Positions 23,649-35,643 of a DNA stretch of 64,000 bases are shown piece by piece; the first letter of the stretch is position 1, and the number at the start of each line of letters is the position of its first letter. This stretch comes from Eledone cirrhosa (taxonomy: Eukaryota), in assembly GCA_964016885.1 (NCBI GenBank), contig OZ024741.1, forward strand, positions 21,948,001-22,012,000. Reading direction: 5' to 3'. Under the pieces are notes generated by a model. That model was given only the letters and a program-made list of their open reading frames with translations, ran no database searches and was not told where the DNA came from. The position numbers and the translations under genes were made by a program.

Positions 23649-23779
23649 ATTGACTCCTGCGTTTGTTTGTTCTTTCCAACTATATATGTACATATGAAGT
23701 TTAGTCACAAATATGCCGACACGCATCCTGTTGAGGGAGTCGTTGGGTGCCGTATTGACATACGGCATTTCTAAGGTAT

Positions 23780-24030
23780 TTTAAAACGTAGTGGCGCCCA
23801 TCTCCTCTCCAGGTCTGAATACAGTAGATATCTTCCAGAGAAGGATAGACAGAGTGAGAAAGAGATATAGAGGAAGAATTGACCCCACTACAAGACTGGT
23901 ACTTTTTTTCGACCTCGAATGGACGAAAGGCAAAGTTGACTTCTGTGGGATTTGAACTCAGAGAAGGCAGAGAGTTGAAACGAATATCGCAAAGCATTCT
24001 ATCAGACGTTCTAACAACTCTGTCAAACAG
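23780..24030 (-). mobile_element. tRNA-derived SINE
   Basis: GGATTTGAACTCAG and GAAAGGCAAAGTTGAC core; same extended 3' part as copies at ~42700-42970 and ~45295-45560. Confidence 0.65.
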
Positions 24031-24065
24031 ATCCAGCGACCATGCAGGGGAGAGTTAACTGACCC

Positions 24066-25724
24066 TGTGTTAAACCGGGAGGTGTGTTAAACCGGGAAGT
24101 ATGTTAAACCGGGAGGTGTGTTAAACCGGGAGGTGTGTTAAACCGGGAAGTGTGTTTAACCGGGAGGGGTGTTAAACCGGGAAGTATGTTAAACCGGGAG
24201 GTGTGTTAAACCGGGAGGTGTGTTAAACCGGGAAGTATGTTAAACCGGGAAGTGTGTTTAACCGGGAGGGGTGTTAAACCGGGAAGTATGTTAAACCGGG
24301 AGGTGTGTTTAACCGGGAGGGGTGTTAAACCGGGAAGTATGTTAAACCGGGAGGTGTGTTAAACCGGGAAGTATGTTAAACCGGGAGGTGTGTTAAACCG
24401 GGAGGTGTGTTAAACCGGGAGGTGTGTTAAACCGGGAGGTGTGTTAAACCGGGAGGTGTGTTAAACCGGGAAGTATGTTAAACCGGGAGGTGTGTTAAAC
24501 CGGGAGGTGTGTTAAACCGGGAGGTGTGTTAAACCGGGTGGTGTGTTAAACCGGGAAGTATGTTAAACCGGGAAGTGTGTTAAACCGGGAGGGGTGTTAA
24601 ACCGGGAAGTATGTTAAACCGGGAGGTGTGTTAAACCGGGAGGTGTGTTAAACCGGGAAGTATGTTAAACCGGGAGGTGTGTTAAACCGGGAGGGGTGTT
24701 AAACCGGGAGGGGTGTTAAACCGGGAAGTATGTTAAACCGGGAGGTGTGTTTAACCGGGAGGGGTGTTAAACCGGGAAGTATGTTAAACCGGGAGGTGTG
24801 TTAAACCGGGAAGTATGTTAAACCGGGAGGTGTGTTAAACCGGGAGGTGTGTTAAACCGGGAGGTGTGTTAAACCGGGAGGTGTGTTAAACCGGGAGGTG
24901 TGTTAAACCGGGAAGTATGTTAAACCGGGAGGTGTGTTAAACCGGGAGGTGTGTTAAACCGGGAGGTGTGTTAAACCGGGAGGTGTGTTAAACCGGGAGG
25001 TGTGTTAAACCGGGAGGTGTGTTAAACCGGGAGGTGTGTTAAATCGGGTGGTGTGTTAAACCGGGAGGTGTGTTAAACCGGGAGGTGTGTTAAACCGGGA
25101 GGTGTGTTAAACAGGAAGGTGTGTTAAACCGGGTGGTGTGTTAAACCGGGAGGTGTGTTAAACCGGGAGGTGTGTTAAACCGGGAGGTGTGTTAAACCGG
25201 GAGGGGTGTTAAACCGGGAGGCGTGTTAAACCGGGAGGTGTGTTAAACCGGGAGGTGTGTTAAACCAGGAGGTGTGTTAAACCGGGAGGGGTGTTAAACC
25301 GGGAGGGGTGTTAAACCGGGAGGTGTGTTAAACCGGGAGGGGTGTTAAACCGGGAGGCGTGTTAAACCGGGAGGTGTGTTAAACCGGGAGGTGTGTTAAA
25401 CCGGGAGGTGTGTTAAACCGGGAGGTGTGTTAAATCGGGTGGTGTGTTAAACCGGGAGCGGTGTTAAACCGGGAGGTGTGTTAAACCGGGAGGGGTGTTA
25501 AACCGGGAGGTGTGTTAAACCGGGAGGTGTGTTAAACCGGGAGCGGTGTTAAACTGGGAGGTGTGTTAAACCGGGAGGTGTGTTAAACCGGGAGGTGTGT
25601 TAAACCGGGAGGTGTGTTAAATCGGGTGTGTGTTAAACCGGGAGCGGTGTTAAACCGGGAGGTGTGTTAAACCGGGAGGTGTGTTAAACCGGGAGGTGTG
25701 TTAAACCGGGTGGTGTGTTAAACC
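24066..25724. repeat. Satellite, 17-bp unit GTGTTAAACCGGGAGGT, ~97 copies
   Basis: Direct observation; recurrent variants (AAGTAT, AGGGGT, AGCGGT) occur in blocks. Confidence 0.97.
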
Positions 25725-25903
25725 TATAACCCAGATGTATTTACACAACGTAACTGCTGTGTATACACAAAACTATTCTTTTATTTTCATATTCTTTTAT
25801 TGGTTTTTGTCATTAGGCTGTGGCCATGCTGGGCACTGCCTTCTAGCCTTATAGTTGATTGCACGTATTTTCAATCTGCTACTTATTTTAACGATCGCAC
25901 CCC

Positions 25904-26000
<97 letters not shown>

Positions 26001-26095
26001 GTATGTATGTAAAAGGTAAACAGAAATAACAACACAATCGGTACAGTATATGGAAGGGATATATTAGGTTAACGCTTGATATAGCAGGAAGAGGG

Positions 26096-26131
26096 TCTTA
26101 ACGTTTCGGACGCTAGTCCTTCATCAGAAGA
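26096..26131 (-). ncRNA. Minimal hammerhead-like motif in a PLE-tail repeat (~25990-26230; second copy ~38675-38900)
   Basis: Reverse complement TCTT-CTGATGA-A-GGAC tagc GTCC-GAAA-CG-TT^-AAGA; the copy at 38760-38795 has CTGGTGA; degenerate + copy at 45200-45232. Confidence 0.6.
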
Positions 26132-26763
26132 AAGAATGAGAAATTAGAAAGATTGAAGGAACGGGCGGGCTGGAATTGGAAAAATGTCTTTAGATAAAAA
26201 TAACAGGTCCATTCATGTTGCCATCTCTTGGAAAACTGTTGGTGCTGGCGTTTTGTGTATGATTTATTTTATTAGAAATGTGGATGATGGAGCGCACCTA
26301 CGTGAAATGGACAAAAACCGTTTTGTAAAAAGAACTATACGCGTGCGCGTACTTATACGCGCGCGCGTATGTTGTGTGTGTTATTATATGTCCGTAGGAA
26401 GCTGAGAGGATATGTGTGTGTATATGTAAGTAAGAGTGTCTGTGTGTGCTTGTAAGCACGAAGCTGTGAGCAAAAGTATGTTAATATAAGGGTGTGTGTA
26501 TACAGAGCAGGTTGTACACACACGATAGACAACAGAGACCACGTGTTGTCCCTCTCCGACTAAAAACTTTCCCCCTCGGAAAAAAACCTCAGTTGTTGGA
26601 TGCGAAATCCGAAATATAGGGACAATTAAATCACTCTCCCCTACGTTCCTCTACACCCTATACGTCTCATTCTACATTTCCTCTTACATCTCTCTCATTA
26701 CCACCTGACTCTGTTACCCAGAGATATTTTCCCATCTGCATTGTTGAGGCTTCCAAAACAAAC

Positions 26764-26843
<80 letters not shown>

Positions 26844-26847
26844 TTAT

Positions 26848-27247
26848 GAGATCCCTTAGCCTTTGTCAAGGCAGAATTCTAGGAGAAGGAAAACTCTGAT
26901 ATAACACCTGCAACCTTGATGGTATCCAATGATGTTGACTTGTTCTTCTTTTTGGTAAATATCATCTTGGTTAAGAGAGTGGGACTGGCTTTGTGCAGTG
27001 CCTTTGCTCACTATAAAAGCTTCACGGCACAGGCATTGCTTTATATCTGGAGATCTCTCTGCACTTGTCGTCACATGGTTCCATGGGCCCAGCACTATGT
27101 GTCAATAATTGTCACAAGTGTAGTGTTTGTACCAGAGTTTTCAAGTCACTGGCTGGACTAAAAAGTCACACTCGTTCAGCGCATCGGTAGGGGTTCTCCT
27201 ACATTGATATAAAGTAGTGGCCGTACTCGAAAACGAGTTGGCAGCCA

Positions 27248-27251
<4 letters not shown>
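26848..27251 (+). mobile_element. Repeat 'R', 5'-truncated copy
   Basis: Near-identical to 1047-1451. Confidence 0.8.
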
Positions 27252-27300
<49 letters not shown>

Positions 27301-27370
27301 AGTTTATGAAATGGAAATGCGGGTATACAGAATTTATTAGGTAACAATTGTTTCTATAGTGTATGGGTTA

Positions 27371-27424
<54 letters not shown>

Positions 27425-27494
27425 ATATATATATATATGTACGTATACACATACACACACAAACACAAACACACGCACACACACGCACGCACAC

Positions 27495-27566
<72 letters not shown>

Positions 27567-27844
27567 TGAAATAGAAGGCAATGATATCAGTTACATAATT
27601 GTAAGCTGTACAGATAAGATTTCGTCTTTACTTCTGGTGATATATCGACCGGTTGGACTTCACTGTTGATTCTCCATTAACTGGTCGATATATCACAACA
27701 TCTTATACGCGTTAAGGCTGTCTCATCTAACCGTATCTGTTTTCTCTTAAGTTTCAGATATACAAATACGTATTAGCTATTACATAATGAATATGATGTT
27801 GAGAAGTAAAACCTTATTGAGTTCTACATTATTAGAATACCAAT

Positions 27845-28035
27845 GCGGTGGATTGGCAGTATGGGTAGAGGGTCGGACGCCATGCTTTGACGGATAGAGT
27901 TACGGCCCTTTATGGTCTGAGTTCAAATCCCGCCGAGGTTAACTTTGCCTTTCATCCTTACGGGGTCGATAAAATAATGTACCAGTAATACACTGGGATA
28001 ATTGTTGGCCTTGTGCCAAAAGTAGAAACAATTAT
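27845..28035 (+). mobile_element. Apparently complete tRNA-derived SINE
   Basis: A-box-like TGGCAGTATGGG, B-box GAGTTCAAATCC, core and 3' GGCCTTGTGCCAAAAGTAGAAACAATTA. Confidence 0.8.
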
Positions 28036-28417
28036 ATTACCAATGCTCCGATATACACTGACCTACATGATCACTCTCGTGACATACTAGGAAGGTTACA
28101 CTGACGTGGAGTGCTTAATGCAGTCTATCATGTTATTTATTAATTGGAGTTTGCGACTACGAAATTAATTACCGATTGATTAACACAAAATAATGACAAA
28201 CACACACATATATATATGTATGTAATTATGTATGTATATATATGTGTGTGTGTATAAATGTATGTGTGTATGTATGCATATATATATATGCATATATATA
28301 TATATAGGTAGATATAGATATAGATATATGTGTGTGTGTGTATTTGTCATTATTTTGTGTTAATTAATCGGTAAGTAACACAAAATAATAACAAATACAC
28401 TCACACACATATATCTA

Positions 28418-28450
<33 letters not shown>

Positions 28451-28675
28451 CTCTATCAGACGTGTGTAACTTCGCGGAGAAGTTTCCGTTAATTTATGTA
28501 AGAAAAAAACGTGAGTTTTTAGTTAAATTTTATATCATTGTGTAACTTGACCCCCCGTCTGGACCTTCAGGTGGTGGGTCAACTCATTTTCGCCCCTACA
28601 GGGGCGGAATATCCATTTAAAAAATTTGTCTCCATTGAATCTTGGAAAAAGATATTGTAAAATTTTGATTACGTT

Positions 28676-30554
28676 ATGAACGCTGCGTCCAACGATAATG
28701 GCGGTGGAGAGGCGGTAAGACTACAAAGCTCGCAGTCAACAACGTCTTCTTCACTAGATACTATAGAGATGGAAAGACAAAATGAAAATAAAAAAACGAA
28801 TTCATATCCAAACAGCACAAATGACACCAAACAGTTCAATGACAACAAAAATAACAGCAAAACCAATAATGATGATAAAAGCAACAATGATAACAACAAC
28901 AAAGAAAAAAATAAAGACAACGCCAATAACACCAGCATCAAAGACAACAACAACACCAAGGAAAATACGGATGATACCAAGATAATGACAACACCACCAA
29001 TACGGATTCCACAAAGAAACCAAAAATCTCCTTTGCAGAGAAAGTTCAAAAGAAAGAACAATTGACATATCTCGACATAACAAATGCTGAACAACTTTTA
29101 AAGGACGCTAAGAGATATGTCACTTTCGATAAAAATGGTGCTTTCAGCATCAATTCTCCGGTAGAAATTCGCAAGGAAACTGCTCTCAAAACGATAGTTT
29201 TTTGGACAGTTACCAATTCTACCCGAAAACCAGTCCAATTGTCACAGAAAGAAATTGAACTGGTTTTCAAAAATTCAATGAATGATATTGCATTCATTCA
29301 AAGAAGCAAACTTTTTGGGAGTATTTCGGTACTCATGAAGGATCAATTGACGGCCCAAAATTACTCTGTGTCGCCAATTGTATCCAACCTGTACACCTTT
29401 TTCCCTACATACATGGGAAAAAGGACACAAAAGATCAGAAGCACGAGTGTCACACCAAAGGTGAACATATGGTGGATACTGTGCGGCTTCATCAATTTTG
29501 ATGAAGACAGAATACTGTCAGTAGGAAAGTCCCCCAGAGATGTATTCAATGGGACTAGCATTGAAGTTCTGGTGCAAATGAGCCCAGAGCGAATAGCTAT
29601 GATCCCACAGCGTATACTCCTGGACGGACTCACCTACATAAACCTTTCGGTTGAGGGTAGGCGGCCTTCATGTTACCATTGCTTTAGCAGGGGTCACCTG
29701 AGGGCTTCCTGTCCTAAACTAATGAACCAAAAAAAGGCTCTGCTGCCGACACCCATCAAAACAACACAACCACCAACACCACCACCACAACAACAACACC
29801 AACACACAAAAATAACCACAACAAACACAGTCCCACCCAACCCCACTCCACCTAAAACCACTGCAAAATCACATACAGACACAACAGCTCCCCAAGACAT
29901 ACCCCTCCCCAATCACACAGACGATACAACAGATGAGGCTATCTCGCCATCACCCAGTGAAGACGAGGGAGAACCCCATCGATCGAAAGAAAGAAAAGAC
30001 ATCACAAAAGCAAAAAACCAGCAAACACTACCACAAACATACAACCACCAACACAAACAACAAAAATATCACAAACAAAACCCCCACCTCCTGAAAACAA
30101 AATACCTACAACAAAACGAAAGCACACACAAGAACTACAGACAAAAACAAACACAACACAAGAAAATTACACTTACACTTACATAAACACTGAAAACAAA
30201 ACACTAATGGAGACCATCACGAACGACCCTTCGGTGAAAACCGAAGGGAAAACTTTCGCCCACTCTATAAAAAATAGCAAAAAACTGAACATAAAACTGA
30301 TTAGGGTCCCTATACAAACTTATAGGTCCCTAAAAGAAACATTTGAGAAGGATGTGGGTAATTCCTGCGTGAAACCACTCAACCGCGTCCTTCTCAAATG
30401 CCTCCCCACCCCAGACACCCCCATCCCACCAGACCCCACCCCACCAAACATCTGCGTCCCCACCCCGCCGGAAACCACCACCCATCCAGACAACCCCTCC
30501 AACACCTCCATGGAAATCGTGCGACCTGGTCCCCAGGAGACGAAGGGTGAGTGA
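28676..30554 (+). pseudogene. LINE ORF1 (zinc knuckle CYHCFSRGHLRASC), frameshifted
   Basis: ORF pieces 28676-29065, 29062-30186 and 30207-30554 are collinear with copy 1 ORF1. Confidence 0.8.
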
Positions 30555-30587
30555 TCTCTTTTCCTCTTTTAACTTTTCAGCAGCAAC

Positions 30588-33500
30588 ATGGCCAATATAA
30601 GAGTTGGATGTGTGAACGTACGCGGCCTGGGGATGCCCTGGAAACAGGGCAAACTCTTAAACGACCTCAGGTCGCACAGTATGGATGTGGTAGCCATTTG
30701 CGAGTCCAAGATCCACGACGAGCGACAGCTGGCCCCCATCTTCGATGACTTTGAGATCTACGCATCTCTCTGTCAACCGGGGGGTGGGGGCGGAGTTGCC
30801 GTTTTGCTGCGGAAACACCTGGGCCTCGTAACACAGACGGTACATCTGGACCCGGAGGGTCGACTGGTGGTCCTAGACGTTGACGGTAGTGAAGGTGGAG
30901 CCTTCAGGCTGGTGGCCGCATATGCCCCATCCGGGACACCGCGGCCAGACTTCTTCAAACGTCTAGAGACTTTTCTGGGAACGTCCCGCTCCTTGCTTTT
31001 AGTGGGGGACTGGAATGGAATCCTAGATGCACGTTGGGACTATGTGGGAGCATGTCCCTATAAAGGGGGGTGTAACAGCCTCAAACAGTTAATCGACCGA
31101 TTTGACCTGGCCGATAGATATCGACTAGATTTTCCGACTGCGCCACTGTGGACGTGGAGTAATCGTAGCGGAACATCTAGATCGTACCTAGATAGGGTTC
31201 TAGTTAGAAATAAGGATAGGGACATGTTAAGCTGTCCACAAATGTTCATGGTTGCCTATTCAGATCACAAACTAGTGACCTACATGGCCAACCTTGATAG
31301 AACCCATAGACAAGGACCCGGCTACTGGAAGCTGAACTTGTCGTTACCGACAAGCAAAGCTTACAGTAGACGGATTAGCACTTTAGTTAAACAGCACTTG
31401 ACAGGGGCCATTGTCAACAACAGATGGTGGTACTCTCTCAAGAGGGCAGTTAGATTAGACTCGATAGTTTTTAGTAAAGAATTAGCGTTAGATAGAAATA
31501 GAACCGAGAAGGAACTGGTAGATAAAGTAGAAGAGGCAATTAGAAGTGGCAACGTAGCCAGCGTGCTAGCAACGAAAACGGCCTTGGACCAGTTCTTCGA
31601 CGCAAAGCACGAGGGCTGCGTTGTCAGAAGCAAAATACGTGCTCTGGGAAACGAGGGAGCCAAAGCTGTTAGCTGGGCCCGAGTGACGGAGGCAAAAAGT
31701 GGCAACAAGTCCACGATTCGGTCTTTGAAGGACCAAAACGGACGCGTGATACGTGAACCGAAACAGATGTGTGCGGCTTTTCAGCGGCACTTTGCTCAGC
31801 TGTTCGGGGGGGGGGAGAGGATATGGATTTCGGTCCATACCTCGACGGCCTACCGCGACTCTCGGACAGCGGGGCAAAGTTCTGCGAAAAGCCGATTTCA
31901 GCCACTGAGATAGGGGACACGCTGAGCCAATGCGGCAAACGCAAATCTCCAGGTCTCGACGGTCTACACTACGAATTTTACGTAGCAATGCCGGACTTAT
32001 TCTCCGGTCTTCTGGAAGCGGTCTACTGCAACTGGCAACAGAACGGGAGAATTCCCAGTTCTGTAACCGGGGGCGTGGTCACACTAATCAGGAAGGACGA
32101 GAATAAGGGGGATGACATAGGCAACTTCCGGCCCATAATTCTGCTAAACACAGAGTTACAGATTTTGGCCAAGGTGTTGGCAAAGAGGCTGGCGCTTGTC
32201 GTCGAAAACCTGGTGGGAAAAGCGCAGACATGCGCAATCCCCACCTGGTCCATACACGACAACCTCCACCTCATGCGATACATCATAGAGAGGGTAGGGT
32301 GTAAACCCGGCTTCGGTGCGGCCCTGATCAACTTGGATCAGTCTAAGGCTTTCGATAGGGTTGACCATCGTTACCTGGATGCGGTGCTCGAGGCCGCAGG
32401 CTTCGGACCCGTGTTCAGGGGCTGTATTGCTGCAATGCACAACAGCAACATCTGCTCAAGGGTCAAGGTTAACGGCTACCTCTCGGAGCCGTTCCATATT
32501 ACGGGATCCATTCGACAGGGATGCCCTCTCTCCTCCCTTCTGTACGTACTGACTCTCGAGCCACTACTGCGGAAGTTGGAGCTATTGCAGGGCATCCCTT
32601 TGGAACCGGGACTGCGGAAAGCGGCGTCGGCCTACGCCGACGACGTGACAGTAATGGTGTCGAGCGCCTCGCAAATCGAGGAAGTCGCCACCTTACTGAA
32701 AGAATACGAAAGTTTCACAGGAGCGAAGCTGAACCGGGACAAGTCCATCGGTTTGCAACTCGGATCGTGGAGAGGCAAACCGATGCCTTCTGATGGCGCC
32801 GTCGTACGCTGGACGGAAGGACCGGTAAAGCTGCTCGGGGTTTGGTTTGGTCCGGACCTCCAGGTGGAGAAGAACTGGAACGAAGTGACGGCCAAGGTGT
32901 TTGCACTCACCCAGAAGTGGGCCGAGTGCAAACTATCCTTGAAAGGTCGAGCGGAGGTGGCGAACACTTTTATAGCGTCCGCCATCTACTACCGCTTGAC
33001 AGTCGTGCCTTGTCCAGTCAAAACGCTCGCCAAAATGGAACGCGCGCTCTTCCGATTCCTTTGGAAGAGGTGGGCTCCTTTGGTGAGAAGATCCATCTGC
33101 TGCCAACACCCTTCTAACGGAGGGCTGGGGATGCCGTGGTTGACGATGCGCAAACACGCACTCAGGCTGCGGCATCTCTACGTATTCCTCACCGGACAAC
33201 CGGTGTGGGCCCCGTTCGTTAGGCGAGCCTTCCCACGACTTGTCTCGCTGACCGAGCTGCAGTCCTGGGTCTAGCAAAGACCGAGGAAAATGGGCGACTG
33301 GCACATCGAATGTGCTCAGGCGCTCACAGCCCTCTGGCAGGCGGACCCGGCGATCAGTGGAGACTCCACTTCGTCATTCTATAGAGGGTTGATCCGCAGC
33401 AAGTGCGACGACGCGCTCGGTGAAACTCTAGGCGTAGAGGAAGATGAACTGGTCTGTCTGTTCGGTAGGACCGTCCGCCCGGGACCGATGGACAACTTCC

Positions 33501-34015
33501 AAAAGTCCCTGGCCTGGCAGTGCTACCGAGGAGCTCTACCAGTTCGAAACAAGCTCTACAGACATGGGCGTCCGGGCAGGGACCCTGCAAAAAAGATCTG
33601 TCCGAGGTGCGTGCGAGACGAAGAAACCGTCGCGCACGCATTCATACACTGCCCGGGCGTCACTGACCTGTGGGGCTATGTAGAACGACTATTGTCGCGG
33701 GTGGGACCAATCCAGTTGACCACCGAATCCATTGTCATGATCAAACCGCCACCCTCCTTCAAAAACGAAGGAGAGGCGGTTTTCCTTTGTGTGATAGCTA
33801 TGGCGAAAGAGGTTGTATGGTGGACAAGGTTGAAAGGGCTGAGGTCAGACACCTTTCTCTCCGGCCAACAACTGATTCTTTTTTTCAAATACCACTTTGG
33901 AAGAAGAATCAGGATGGAGAGAGAGGTGCTGTACCCCAGCAAGTTTTATGAAAGGTGGGTGAAAGTGGCGAGAATGGCCCGAGTGAATGGGCCTTCTCTC
34001 TATATCAGCCTGTAG
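30588..34015 (+). pseudogene. LINE ORF2 (APE + RT + CCHC-like) with frameshift at poly-G ~31807-31815 and premature TAG at 33272-33274
   Basis: ORF pieces 30588-31913, 31769-33274 and 33290-34015; YADD, DQSKAFDRV, GDWN and SDH motifs; the TAG aligns to AAG in copy 1. Confidence 0.9.
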
Positions 34016-34257
34016 GTTGAGGAAAAGAAGGAGGAGAGGAAAGGAGTACAAACTCTTCGTACTCCTGGAGATGAGGGTTGCACATTTTTTTTCGGGGGTA
34101 TGTGTTACCCATATAAACTGTCTCCCTCTATTGGGGAAAATCGACTAACTTTTAAATTCCATCTGTGATAACATTTTACACGTTTTTATTGTATGTAAAC
34201 TTCCCCCTTTGTATTTGTCCCCTTCTTTTGTGCCCCTGTGGCTAATAAAGAAATATA

Positions 34258-34319
<62 letters not shown>

Positions 34320-34340
34320 CACATACATGCATACATATAT

Positions 34341-34930
34341 ATGGTGGCTGCCAACTCGTTTTCGAGTATGGCCACTACTTTATATCAATGTAGGAGAATC
34401 CCTACCGATGCGCTAAACGAGTGTGACTATTTAGTCCAGCCAGCGACTTGAAAACTCTGGTACAAATACTACACTTGTGACAATTATTGACACATAGTGC
34501 TAGGCCCATGGTACCATGTGACGACAAGTGCAGAGAGATCTCCAGATATAAAGCAATAGCTGTGCCGTGAAGCTTTTATAGTGAGCAAAGGCACTGCACA
34601 AAGCCAGTCCCACTCTCTTAACCAAGATGATATTTACCAAAAAGAAGAAAAAGTCAACATCATTGGATACCATCAGGGTTGCAGGTGTTATATCAGAGTT
34701 TTCCTTCTCCTAGAATTCTGCCTTGACAAAGGCTAAGGGGTCATCTCTCCCGGTGATTTTGGATGGCCATTGACTCTTAAGAGCTCTTTGCTCTTTGACA
34801 GGTTTTGTTTTTAGTCTTGCAGGATGTCCAAAGTCACCCTCCTCACCAAGAAAACTTGGTGGGGTTGCCAGTTTAGTCGCCAACGACCCGACCATGAGAC
34901 AGGTTGTACTGGGATACATGTTACCGGTAG
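34341..34930 (-). mobile_element. Repeat 'R', longest copy, inverted
   Basis: Reverse complement of 917-1451 with a short extra 5' extension. Confidence 0.8.
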
Positions 34931-35333
34931 CACCAACTGGTGACCTGACACATATATATACATACATACATACACATACATTTATAAACACACACACATA
35001 TACTTACACAAACACACACTCACACACACATATATATATATATAAAATTGTTTGTTTTGGAAGCCTCAACTATGCAGATGGGTAAATATCTCCGGGTAAC
35101 AGAATCAGGTGGTAATGAGAGAGATGTAAGAGGAAATGTAGAATGAGACGTATAGGGTGTAGAGGAACGTAGGAAAGAGTGTAAAAATATAACACGAGAT
35201 AGAGTTACCGTGGAAGTGATTTAATTGTCCCTATATTTCGGATTTCGCATCCAACAAATGGGGTTTTTTTCCGAGGGGAAAAGCTTTTAGTCGGAGAGGA
35301 ATGGTACGTGGCCTCTGTTGTCCACCGTTTGTG

Positions 35334-35428
<95 letters not shown>

Positions 35429-35558
35429 TATAGTAGTAATAATAAATGTGAAGAACCCGTTTCAGAGACACTACGTTAAGTGTGAAAGCAGCGATTCCTT
35501 GCTTAAACTTTAATATATATATATATTAAAGTTTAAGCAAAGAATCGGTGCTTTCACA

Positions 35559-35642
<84 letters not shown>

Positions 35643-35643
<1 letters not shown>

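Larger units (their letters stand above)
28458..34253 (+). mobile_element. Near-full-length Tx1/L1-type non-LTR retrotransposon, copy 2 (different subfamily from copy 1)
   Basis: Same architecture as copy 1; (TATC)n at the 5' flank, AATAAAGAAA then (TA)n at the 3' flank. Confidence 0.9.

Noticed and set aside
26544-26626. Possible hammerhead in repeat X (TTGTCCC...GGA-tgcgaaa-TCC-GAAA-TATA-GGGACAA)
   Set aside because: There is no CUGANGA core in either copy (26527-26768, 35043-35330), and the apparent stem I partner is not conserved in the second copy.
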